A DNA stretch of 24,000 bases. Origin: Oscillospiraceae bacterium. GTDB lineage: Bacteria > Bacillota > Clostridia > Oscillospirales > Ruminococcaceae. Positions 8,004 through 15,123 of this stretch are shown here, one piece after another (position 1 is the first letter of the stretch; each line of letters starts with the position of its first letter). Both the position numbers and the translations under genes were made by a program. The stretch spans positions 26,594-50,593 of the forward strand of contig JAVWQH010000014.1 of NCBI GenBank assembly GCA_036635475.1, read 5' to 3'. The notes under the pieces were generated by a model. That model was not told where the DNA came from. It searched no databases and saw only the letters and a list, made by a program, of their open reading frames with translations.

Positions 8004-8036
8004 GGTTGTAACTACTTCAAAATTTTGTAGTAGAGT
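8004..8036 (+). promoter_or_regulatory. bipartite promoter-like repeat, copy B (GGTTGTAA-N15-GTAGTAGAGT)
   Basis: GGTTGTAA at 8004-8011 and GTAGTAGAGT at 8027-8036, 98 bp downstream of copy A. Both copies are followed by GCAAA(A)CAA. Confidence 0.45.
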
Positions 8037-8039
8037 GTA

Positions 8040-8590
8040 GAGCAAAACAAAAAACCCTTGCAAGTTGTTCACAGTAGTGGGTTAATTGTTACCCACAAAA
8101 TTAACCTTGCAAAATTCAACAGGTTAGACTTCAAGCCAACCGAAGTATAGCGGTTATGGCGGTAACACTCAACCAATGGGTGCGGTGGTTACGCTTGCGG
8201 ATTAAACGCAAGGCTCAACTGGTGAATATCGTAACAGGTGCGCTATAACCTAAATACGGCTTGTATGTGTAGATAAACGCAAAATTACAAGGACGCAAAA
8301 TACAAAGAAAACTACTTGACCGCTATATTCTTATGGGGTATGGCTCTAATGTTAAGCGGTCTGATGTTTCGCTATGCGGAAATAGGATTATCGTTGGAAG
8401 TCTGTTTTGTAAATTTGTTTGGATGCGTTGAAAAGTAAAATATAAAATGTGGCATTATGGCAATAGTCATGGTGCTTTTTATAGACCGCTTGTATTTATG
8501 AGGTGCAGGCGGTCTTGTTTAATGCAACTTTGGCTGTATAGTCAGAACCGTCTAAAGTCGGTATAAATGCAGATAGGACAAATTCACACA
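8040..8590 (+). ncRNA. candidate large structured non-coding RNA (class unknown)
   Basis: ~550 nt with no credible ORF or SD on either strand. GC is 42-52% by hand count of four 60-nt lines, against ~25% in a typical coding line. Nested helices include 8058-8064/8106-8112 around 8077-8082/8091-8096, and 8188-8193/8230-8235 around 8194-8199/8207-8212. Further helices are 8318-8324/8355-8361 and 8483-8489/8509-8515. The region lies directly downstream of the two promoter-like repeats. Confidence 0.4.
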
Positions 8591-8613
8591 AAAAATTATA
8601 TGGAGGGCATACA

Positions 8614-8883
8614 ATGAAAATGAAAAAAATAGTAATCGCACTATTAGCGTTGTCACTTTTGGCTGGCTGCGGGAACAAACAGCCTTGCAATGACAGTACT
8701 TATAATATGGACGGTAAAGTATCCGCTATTGACAGCGAATCAGTTGAATTTGTGACCGATGACGGGAATATATGGGCAATCGACTATAAAGATGGCTTTC
8801 AATTGAATCAAAATGTATCAATCATATTGGACGATATGGGGACAGAATCAATCTATGATGATACAATTCTTGAAGTAAAATAG
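8614..8883 (+). CDS. small secreted lipoprotein
   Basis: GGAGGG SD. MKMKKIVIALLALSLLAGCGNK is a signal peptide with an LLAGC lipobox. Confidence 0.85.
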   Translation: MKMKKIVIALLALSLLAGCGNKQPCNDSTYNMDGKVSAIDSESVEFVTDDGNIWAIDYKDGFQLNQNVSIILDDMGTESIYDDTILEVK

Positions 8884-8984
8884 CACCCTGATGAGTCGCT
8901 GAAAATTGCGACGAAACTATCTATAATGACAGTCGGTGCATACAGATTTACACAAAATATAAAACACATTAGGAGGATTTTATT

Positions 8985-9818
8985 ATGGAACTCAAGAAAA
9001 CATTATCCGAATTGCGTATAGACGCTGATACAGCAAAAAAAGAACTGAATGAGGCTATTTTGTCCGATTCATTCACTATGGTTGGCACAAAAAAGGATGC
9101 TATGGACAAGGCTGTAAAGGCTTATAATGACCTTGCTATTGTAATGGATTTCGCAACATTACGGGCAAAAATAGAGCCTATGAAGTCGGCTATTGAGCAA
9201 CTGTCTATCGCCATAATCGAAAGCAAGGCAAACAAGCAAAAAGACTCTGATATTATTACCTATACGCTGGAGCCTGCCACAAAGCAAATTGACTTGGTTG
9301 CATTTGATGAATTTTGTCAGCGTGAAAAGATGGATATCGCACACGATAAAATGTGGGCACATATGGTCGATAAAATGTGTTTGCTTGTAACTTATAAGAT
9401 TATGAAAGATGTCGGTAGCGATACTAAAAAGTTGGAAGACACTTATTATATTACCGATATTGCCAAACAAATTGACCTCGGCAAAACTCCAACGTCAAAT
9501 ACTCAAATTCTTAAGCAATTGCAATCCATTGTGGACGCTATCATTTATGAAACCGAAAATGACCATAACTCATACAAGGTTACCACCCATGACGCAAATT
9601 ATGTAGTTGCAACTATGACCAAACGTGGCGGAAGTGGCAAAGTTGTTGCACCTAGACCTGCAACTATGCACACACTTATTATGGACGTGCTGCATCGTAT
9701 TATTACCAATAGTGATTACAAGGTTGAATATATGACTAAAAAACAGGCAAAAGACGAAGTTGCCGATAGTGAAAAAACTAAGACTGTATCGTCTGAAAAC
9801 AAGCCAATTTCTGAATAA
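8985..9818 (+). CDS. hypothetical protein (277 aa)
   Basis: AGGAGG SD 7 nt upstream, and a long uninterrupted ORF. The internal + and - ORFs (9159..9470, 9409..9606, 9570..9854) are shadows. No family is recognised. Confidence 0.8.
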   Translation: MELKKTLSELRIDADTAKKELNEAILSDSFTMVGTKKDAMDKAVKAYNDLAIVMDFATLRAKIEPMKSAIEQLSIAIIESKANKQKDSDIITYTLEPATKQIDLVAFDEFCQREKMDIAHDKMWAHMVDKMCLLVTYKIMKDVGSDTKKLEDTYYITDIAKQIDLGKTPTSNTQILKQLQSIVDAIIYETENDHNSYKVTTHDANYVVATMTKRGGSGKVVAPRPATMHTLIMDVLHRIITNSDYKVEYMTKKQAKDEVADSEKTKTVSSENKPISE

Positions 9819-9892
9819 ATTAAGCTTGGCTTTCTGAGCCGTTTGAGCCATCAATCAAGCGGTATCCAACTATATCAAATTATATAAATACG

Positions 9893-9921
9893 TTGACAAA
9901 TTGGTATACTAGTAGTATTAT
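9893..9921 (+). promoter_or_regulatory. sigma-A-type promoter
   Basis: TTGACA (9893-9898), a 17-nt spacer, then TATTAT (9916-9921). Confidence 0.7.
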
Positions 9922-9977
9922 AAATAGTACAAGAGGAGTTTTCTTTGTTGTGATTGATTGCCTCCAATTGTCGGTTA

Positions 9978-10006
9978 TGGCGTTCCGTAAAAACGCCACT
10001 ATTTTT
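9978..10006 (+). terminator. leader hairpin plus U-run (possible attenuator) in the 5' UTR of the RHH gene
   Basis: 7-bp stem TGGCGTT (9978-9984) / AACGCCA (9992-9998), followed by CTATTTTT. It lies between the predicted TSS (~9928) and the ATG at 10020. Confidence 0.4.
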
Positions 10007-10019
10007 CAGAGGTGATAAT

Positions 10020-10202
10020 ATGGCAAGAAAATCATTCAATACTCCGATGGATGAAGATTTAGCTAATCAGCTAAGGCGAATTTGCAAAGAGAGAGATATT
10101 CAAATTACAGATGTAATTACTGCATTAGTGACAGCATATGTCAATGGTGATATAGATTTTCAAAAAAAAACAACTTATGAAATTAGGAGGACTGACATTT
10201 GA
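10020..10202 (+). CDS. ribbon-helix-helix (CopG-like) DNA-binding protein
   Basis: AGAGGTG SD 5 nt before ATG 10020. MARKSFNTPMDEDLANQLRRICKERDIQITDVITALVTAYV fits an RHH fold. The track start at 9954 (TTG) has no properly spaced SD. Confidence 0.75.
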   Translation: MARKSFNTPMDEDLANQLRRICKERDIQITDVITALVTAYVNGDIDFQKKTTYEIRRTDI

Positions 10203-10582
10203 ATTATGAGGATTTTGATATGGATGGACTTGATAAGGATGTTCAATTTGACGCATTTTTAGAATTACTAAAAGAAAAAAGTGAAATATCAAGCGTTATG
10301 ATTATAAATCCAGAACGAATCAAAATAATGAAGAAAGCTTTTTTGGGGTTGCAGCAACTTGTATTGTCAGAAACACCTGACGCAAAAATAATCTGCGGTA
10401 TTCATGAATCAAACAATAGTGTTGGATATATTATGATTGAAACAGATGAAATTATTGTTAGGGATATTAAAACATTTTTAAGTAGTATGGAGTTTGCTTC
10501 AAACTTTGAAATTTATCCCATAAAAAATAATCTTATCAGATTTTCAATTATGTTTTATGGTGTTATGACAGAAATAAAATAA
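10199..10582 (+). CDS. hypothetical acidic protein (127 aa), translationally coupled to the RHH gene
   Basis: The TTG start overlaps the upstream TGA (TTGA), with AGGAGG 8 nt upstream. An alternative start is ATG 10220, with GAGGA 8 nt upstream. Confidence 0.7.
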   Translation: MNYEDFDMDGLDKDVQFDAFLELLKEKSEISSVMIINPERIKIMKKAFLGLQQLVLSETPDAKIICGIHESNNSVGYIMIETDEIIVRDIKTFLSSMEFASNFEIYPIKNNLIRFSIMFYGVMTEIK

Positions 10583-10606
10583 TCTAAAAACAAACAAATA
10601 ACACTT

Positions 10607-10647
10607 AAAAGTCGTTACCTAAATTTATAGGTAACGACTTTTTATTT
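10607..10647 (+). terminator. strong rho-independent terminator
   Basis: A stem of 12+ bp (AAGTCGTTACCT / AGGTAACGACTT) with an 8-nt loop, followed by TTTTTATTT. Confidence 0.85.
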
Positions 10648-10783
10648 GAAATTATTTAAAATTATATTAACAGCATCATTAATTAGCCGAGCGAAAAAGT
10701 CTGCACTAACGACATATCTTGAAAAATGTTTAAAAGAATTGGACTTTACAACAATTTCATATTCAATATCATTAACGCAAACA

Positions 10784-10808
10784 AAATATTCTATCGGAAG
10801 AAATAATA
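10784..10808 (+). repeat. dispersed 25-nt motif, copy 3 (inverted relative to copies 1 and 2)
   Basis: AAATATTCTATCGGAAGAAATAATA. Its reverse complement is 24/25 identical to 5391-5415. It ends 1 nt before the -35 TTGACA at 10810. Confidence 0.85.
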
Positions 10809-10809
10809 G

Positions 10810-10838
10810 TTGACAAACAAAACTAAACAGTATATACT
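10810..10838 (+). promoter_or_regulatory. sigma-A-type promoter
   Basis: TTGACA (10810-10815), a 17-nt spacer, then TATACT (10833-10838). The track ORF start at 10810 is the -35 TTG. Confidence 0.7.
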
Positions 10839-10863
10839 ACAAAAAACTATGGAGGTGAAAAAT

Positions 10864-11139
10864 ATGCGATTATTAAAAACTATTCTACACGAAATAGCGA
10901 TAATATTATTATGTGTAGGATTTATAATGGCTGTTGGTACTGCAGGCAGTTCAGATTGTAATACAATATCGGATACACAATTTTACGCTCAAATACTGTT
11001 TACATTTATGTTGTTTGGATTAAGTGCAATTTGCAATATATCATCAATGCTAATACCTTCACAAAATGACGAGAGTGAAGCTCATAGTAATACATATTGT
11101 AAAAACATAGGATATTCTAATTATAACAGCAATTTATAG
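10864..11139 (+). CDS. small membrane protein (two predicted TM helices)
   Basis: GGAGGTG SD 6 nt before ATG 10864. The hydrophobic stretches are ILHEIAIILLCVGFIMAVGTAG and AQILFTFMLFGLSAICNISSMLI. Confidence 0.75.
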   Translation: MRLLKTILHEIAIILLCVGFIMAVGTAGSSDCNTISDTQFYAQILFTFMLFGLSAICNISSMLIPSQNDESEAHSNTYCKNIGYSNYNSNL

Positions 11140-11145
11140 TATAAT

Positions 11146-11175
11146 TATATTCTATAGGAAGAAATAATATAAAAA
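11146..11175 (+). repeat. dispersed motif, copy 4
   Basis: TATATTCTATAGGAAGAAATAATATAAAAA is 22/24 identical to copy 3. It also shares the AGAAATAATATAAA extension with copies 1 and 2. It sits between the stop at 11139 and the next start at 11189. Confidence 0.8.
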
Positions 11176-11188
11176 GTAGGTGTTTTTA

Positions 11189-11392
11189 ATGAAAAATTTG
11201 AAAATGAAAAACTTGAAAACTGTCAGAGGGCAGTCTGTCCGTATTGCACAAGATAAAAATGGCTTGTTCTCCATTGAGCTTTATGCAAATGGAAAATGGG
11301 AAATTCCTGCAAGCGGATATAATAAAAAGTTTAAAACTGCAACTGAGACAGAAGAGTTTTTTGAAGAAAATAGGTGCTGTATCCACAGCTAA
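11189..11392 (+). CDS. hypothetical protein (67 aa)
   Basis: AGGTG SD 6 nt before ATG 11189 (the track starts at GTG 11180). The 5' end carries a 15-nt tandem duplication (MKNLK-MKNLK). Confidence 0.6.
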   Translation: MKNLKMKNLKTVRGQSVRIAQDKNGLFSIELYANGKWEIPASGYNKKFKTATETEEFFEENRCCIHS

Positions 11393-11441
11393 ATTAAAAA
11401 ACATGAAAAAACATACATTTGAATTGTGAAAGGCGGTTACT

Positions 11442-11666
11442 ATGGAAAAATTCATCAAAGAACAAACAACAGGTTCTTATACAACAGAACTTGCCAATGG
11501 TATTAATTACAGATTTTACACTACGAATGACGGATGGATTGCGGTTATAGAAATGCATCCATATCAAGGAATGTTGCCCATTACGCAAGCGAAAGATAGA
11601 TCTAAGGCATTATCATACATAGCAATGATAGAGCCTGTTAGTATACCTGCACAGGTATTGTGCTAG
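11442..11666 (+). CDS. hypothetical protein (74 aa)
   Basis: GAAAGG SD, co-oriented with neighbours. The overlapping minus ORFs 11186..11458 and 11394..11588 lack signals. Confidence 0.6.
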   Translation: MEKFIKEQTTGSYTTELANGINYRFYTTNDGWIAVIEMHPYQGMLPITQAKDRSKALSYIAMIEPVSIPAQVLC

Positions 11667-11681
11667 ACGGAATTAAATTAA

Positions 11682-11708
11682 TAATCAATGAGGGGTTTGC
11701 TGTGCATT
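11682..11708 (+). repeat. second copy of the sequence found at the 5' edge of the omega-RNA-like region
   Basis: TAATCAATGAGGGGTTTGCTGTGCATT aligns with 16510-16536 TAATCAATGAACAGTTTGTTGTGCATT. That is 23/27 identical, including 10-nt and 8-nt exact blocks. Both copies lie just after a stop codon. Confidence 0.6.
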
Positions 11709-11789
11709 CTCCTGAAACAAATTGACGGCTGCAAGTGGTATGACCTGCCGTTTTGCTATATGCCGTTTTGGGAAAGAAAGGAATAGATT

Positions 11790-11939
11790 ATGGACAAATT
11801 ACAATTGAAAATATGGGATGCTTTATGCGAATTAAGCGGAGAAGAAGTTGCAAGAGTGTTTACTGATTTTTATGGCAATCAGTTATTAGATGATGAATTT
11901 CTTGAATATTTGCAAGAGGAAGAAATTATGGAGGAATAG
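11790..11939 (+). CDS. small acidic hypothetical protein (49 aa)
   Basis: GAAAGGAA SD. MDKLQLKIWDALCELSGEEVARVFTDFYGNQLLDDEFLEYLQEEEIMEE*. The stop lies 3 nt before the next ATG. It is below the track cutoff. Confidence 0.5.
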   Translation: MDKLQLKIWDALCELSGEEVARVFTDFYGNQLLDDEFLEYLQEEEIMEE

Positions 11940-11942
11940 ATT

Positions 11943-12794
11943 ATGTACACAATAGGAACTTTAAAAGAAATAAACCAGCAATATGACCATAATCACGGAC
12001 TAACTCAATCAGATGTAAATATGGCAAACACATATGTTGACGTTATCCAACGGAGTCGTACTGATAATCAAATTCAAGTCGGAGATATTGTTGAATTAAC
12101 AACTAAACATGGAGATTATTATAAAAAAGCACATATTGAATCCTATAATGCTGAAACCAGCAGTTGGTCTGTATGTCAAGAAGCGTACACACCGTTTGTG
12201 ATCTTTAATAGTGGCAAAACCAATATTATCTGTAATACATCAGGCGGAGCTTGGAGTGGCGTTCCAAATAAGTTAACACTTATCGGAAAACGATTAAAAT
12301 TATTTTGCGATTGGGGAAATTGTGGGGCGTGTGGAAACGGAGCAGTTAATTTTCAAGCAGAGGTTAATGTCTGGGAATATTCAGAGCCTAATAGATTGTA
12401 TGGTGAATTTTCAACGAAAGATTTTAATAAAAAATATATCTCTTACTGCGTTGATGAACACGGTCAACCTAAAGATGGAAGTCAATACAGATATTTAGGG
12501 GATGGCATTGCTTTCACTAATCGAAATGAATATGAAGCTTGGTTAAAAACATATAAGGGCGTTGAATTTAAAGGCAATTGGGAAAATCAAACGGTTGTAT
12601 TCCTGTATAAGGAAAACTCACATCTAATTTCAGAAGTAGATTGGGACAACTTAAATCTTCCGGTAGATAGTAGAATGTGTAATGGCACAATTCTTGTTAA
12701 AGTGAAATACGACGACGAACAGCATGTCATTGAAACATATCGTTTTACAAATGATGGAAGCAAATATCGTGGAGTATATCAAGTATATATGTAG
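11943..12794 (+). CDS. hypothetical protein (283 aa)
   Basis: Long ORF tightly packed in the operon, with GGAGGA upstream. No family is recognised with confidence. Confidence 0.8.
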   Translation: MYTIGTLKEINQQYDHNHGLTQSDVNMANTYVDVIQRSRTDNQIQVGDIVELTTKHGDYYKKAHIESYNAETSSWSVCQEAYTPFVIFNSGKTNIICNTSGGAWSGVPNKLTLIGKRLKLFCDWGNCGACGNGAVNFQAEVNVWEYSEPNRLYGEFSTKDFNKKYISYCVDEHGQPKDGSQYRYLGDGIAFTNRNEYEAWLKTYKGVEFKGNWENQTVVFLYKENSHLISEVDWDNLNLPVDSRMCNGTILVKVKYDDEQHVIETYRFTNDGSKYRGVYQVYM

Positions 12795-12831
12795 GCAAGA
12801 CAGATGAAGTGAAAGAATAGGGGGTTAAATT

Positions 12832-13155
12832 ATGACATTCAAAACAGAGTTTACAGATAAAGAGATAGATAATGCAACACTGAAATTTTCATCGTGGTGG
12901 AGGAAGAATATTCAAGTGCGGAATAAGAAAAATTCACATTCAACGGTTGATATTTTTGGACTACCATATACCTCGTCTGGAGAGTGTGCTGGGCTATGGA
13001 ATACAAATGCAGACAATATGTACCTTTACGATGAAGATTATCGTTTTGATGCATTGCTCATAACTGTAAAAAATGAAGTTATGGTTATGTTAAAAACTTG
13101 CAATGACAAAATTCAATATATTTATATTGGAAACTTAAACAACAAAGAATCATAG
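12832..13155 (+). CDS. hypothetical protein (107 aa)
   Basis: GGGGG SD 8 nt upstream, co-oriented with neighbours. Confidence 0.7.
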   Translation: MTFKTEFTDKEIDNATLKFSSWWRKNIQVRNKKNSHSTVDIFGLPYTSSGECAGLWNTNADNMYLYDEDYRFDALLITVKNEVMVMLKTCNDKIQYIYIGNLNNKES

Positions 13156-13199
13156 CATTGGCAATTAAGATTTACAACAATATAGAGGATATTTAAAAT

Positions 13200-14228
13200 A
13201 TGAAAGATACACAAAAAATAGTTGATAAAATTCAAAAGCAGATTGAAAGCACAAAAAAGAAAATTGAAGCATTGTCTGGTGATTACCAAACAAATACATA
13301 TAAAAGAATGCGAGAAAAAGACAGCCGTGACGCTAAAATAAGCGGATACAGGATTGATATGGATATTCTAGGATACCTATTGAATAAGGCGACATCCGAC
13401 GATATAAACCAACTTGAAATTTCCTTGATAATAAAATCATTTAGAGATTATTTACATACTTGCTATTTAACTCATAAGCGTTTTATTGATGGTTCACCGC
13501 ATGCTCAAGATGTTAAGTTTCCAGAACCATCAAGTAGTTGTGCTGATTGGTATAACAAAGAACAAGTTCCAAAAGAACAATCCATTTTAAAACGTGCAGA
13601 CATCTATAACACAATAGACCTTATTTCAGCGGTAAATATCTATGGTGAGATTTTAGAAAACTCACATAAGCCTGTTGACCAAACAGTTCTAAAAATCAAA
13701 AAGTTAGAGCGTGAGTGCAAGATGATGCAGAAAGGTGACATCAATTTTACGCCAAGCAAAGTGGCTACAAGGCTTGTTGAGATTGCAGGCATACAATCCA
13801 ATGATACAGTATTAGAGCCATCAGCAGGCATAGGATCAGTTGCAGACGCTATTCGTACAGCAACAGATAACATTGATGTTGTAGAGCAGATGTCAAGCTT
13901 TAGAGAGCTACTGCAACTAAAGGGATACAACTTGGTGGGCGATGATTTCCTGCAATATCAAACCGATAAACAGTATGATGTCATTGTTGCAAACCCACCA
14001 TTTTCAGATGAACAAAATCACGTCAAGCATATGTATGAATTGCTAAAGCCGGGTGGAAGATTGGTTACAATTACATCACCTCATTGGACTTTTGCAAATG
14101 ATAAAAAGTCGGTTGATTTCCGTAATTGGGTGGAAGAACAAAATTCATATACCGAGAATTTAGAAAGCGGCACTTTTGAAATGACAGGCGTTGCAAGTAA
14201 AATTCTTGTCATTGATAAAGCAAGTTAA
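13200..14228 (+). CDS. SAM-dependent N6-adenine DNA methyltransferase (orphan, no cognate nuclease in view)
   Basis: Motif I is VLEPSAGIGSVADAI and motif IV is DVIVANPPFSDEQ, about 55 aa downstream. The N-terminal ~190 aa is coiled-coil or unknown. Confidence 0.75.
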   Translation: MKDTQKIVDKIQKQIESTKKKIEALSGDYQTNTYKRMREKDSRDAKISGYRIDMDILGYLLNKATSDDINQLEISLIIKSFRDYLHTCYLTHKRFIDGSPHAQDVKFPEPSSSCADWYNKEQVPKEQSILKRADIYNTIDLISAVNIYGEILENSHKPVDQTVLKIKKLERECKMMQKGDINFTPSKVATRLVEIAGIQSNDTVLEPSAGIGSVADAIRTATDNIDVVEQMSSFRELLQLKGYNLVGDDFLQYQTDKQYDVIVANPPFSDEQNHVKHMYELLKPGGRLVTITSPHWTFANDKKSVDFRNWVEEQNSYTENLESGTFEMTGVASKILVIDKAS

Positions 14229-14249
14229 AAAGGAATAGAGGTTGTTACG

Positions 14250-14696
14250 ATGAAACTACAATATATTGGAGTAGACGATTGGAATTTACATACTTACAAA
14301 GATGAAAGCGGTAGATTTTGGAAAGATGATACACCGTTTCAAGAAGCTTACGTTTCTTTGTATAGTGTAATTCCAAATGCTTATGATGGAGAACTTGCAC
14401 ATCCTCTAAGTCAAATTTGCAATAATAAAAATATCGAAATTGAGTTTATAGGAGGGCGGGTTATAGATAGTCCTTATAAACGTGATTATATGCTTCTAGG
14501 CAGGCTTCAATCGGATTGTGAATATTATTTAGGCTATGGGAACAGATACGCTGGTCATTTATGGGCAAAAACAGTAGAAAAACAAATTGAAAAAATGAAA
14601 GAATTATGGAATAGTTTTCCCAAAAACGGAAAACCCGAATGGTTGACTTGGAAGCAAATATTGGAATACGAAAAACAAATGACAGCAAAGGAGTAA
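14250..14696 (+). CDS. hypothetical protein (148 aa)
   Basis: GAGGT SD. The C-terminal half (MLLGRLQSDCEYYLGYGNRYAGHLWAKTVEKQIEKMKELWNSFP...KPEWLTW) resembles domains seen in phage and conjugative-element accessory proteins. The family is not named with confidence. Confidence 0.75.
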   Translation: MKLQYIGVDDWNLHTYKDESGRFWKDDTPFQEAYVSLYSVIPNAYDGELAHPLSQICNNKNIEIEFIGGRVIDSPYKRDYMLLGRLQSDCEYYLGYGNRYAGHLWAKTVEKQIEKMKELWNSFPKNGKPEWLTWKQILEYEKQMTAKE

Positions 14697-14702
14697 ATAA
14701 TT

Positions 14703-14876
14703 ATGGAAAAATTATATTGTCCGTATTGCGGAGAACTGTTAGAAAATAATTGCGGTTGCGAGCGAGAAATTGCAGAGCAGCAAGAGGAATTAGTTGCGGA
14801 AATAGAAGAACGCCAACATCAAAGTGGATTTTACGCATTTCAAGATGTAATGGAAAATTGGCGTAATGAAAGATAG
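14703..14876 (+). CDS. small zinc-ribbon-like protein (57 aa)
   Basis: MEKLYCPYCGELLENNCGCEREIAEQQEEL... has CxxC...CxC. The ATG lies 4 nt after the upstream stop, with the upstream gene's terminal GGAG serving as SD. It explains why only spurious minus ORFs (14701..14904, 14790..15014) appear in the track here. Confidence 0.55.
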   Translation: MEKLYCPYCGELLENNCGCEREIAEQQEELVAEIEERQHQSGFYAFQDVMENWRNER

Positions 14877-14906
14877 GATGGAGTACTGGTAAAGGAGCAA
14901 ACAAAA

Positions 14907-15089
14907 ATGTACTACAGCATTTACGGAATAAAAGACTGCGAAGTAAAACTCGTATTTAGAAGTATCACTATGGGAGATTTCAACCGGCGAGGGAGAAAAA
15001 ATGCCGAGCAGCACGGTTACAGTAATTTCACCGCCAAAACCATTCCAGAGATAGGCAACGGTTGGAAAAGTGAAACTGTTAGGCTGTGA
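14907..15089 (+). CDS. hypothetical protein (60 aa)
   Basis: AAAGGAG SD 8 nt upstream. Confidence 0.55.
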   Translation: MYYSIYGIKDCEVKLVFRSITMGDFNRRGRKNAEQHGYSNFTAKTIPEIGNGWKSETVRL

Positions 15090-15123
15090 TATTTTAAATT
15101 AAAATTTAAAGGATGAAACAATT

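Noticed and set aside
8193-8214. tRNA-like anticodon stem-loop (CTTGCG-GATTAAA-CGCAAG) inside the non-coding region.
   Set aside because: The 7-nt loop has A, not U, at position 33. No flanking D or T arms, GTTC-type T-loop or acceptor stem could be assembled.
8156-8248. 30-aa Arg/Lys-rich ORF (MAVTLNQWVRWLRLRIKRKAQLVNIVTGAL) and a 32-aa ORF at 8333, both inside the candidate ncRNA.
   Set aside because: Neither has an SD or a spacing signal. Short ORFs like these are expected by chance in GC-richer sequence.
11189-11218. 15-nt tandem duplication ATGAAAAAYTTGAAA x2 at the start of a gene (MKNLK-MKNLK).
   Set aside because: It is real in the sequence, but it is a trivial local duplication giving two in-frame starts. 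There is no evidence of function.
11746-11770. TGCCGTTTTG x2 direct repeat with an upstream ACGGC that could pair with either copy (alternative terminator hairpins).
   Set aside because: The stems are only 5 bp with a 17-nt loop, which is too weak to call a riboswitch or attenuator. It is noted only as context for the 11682 repeat.
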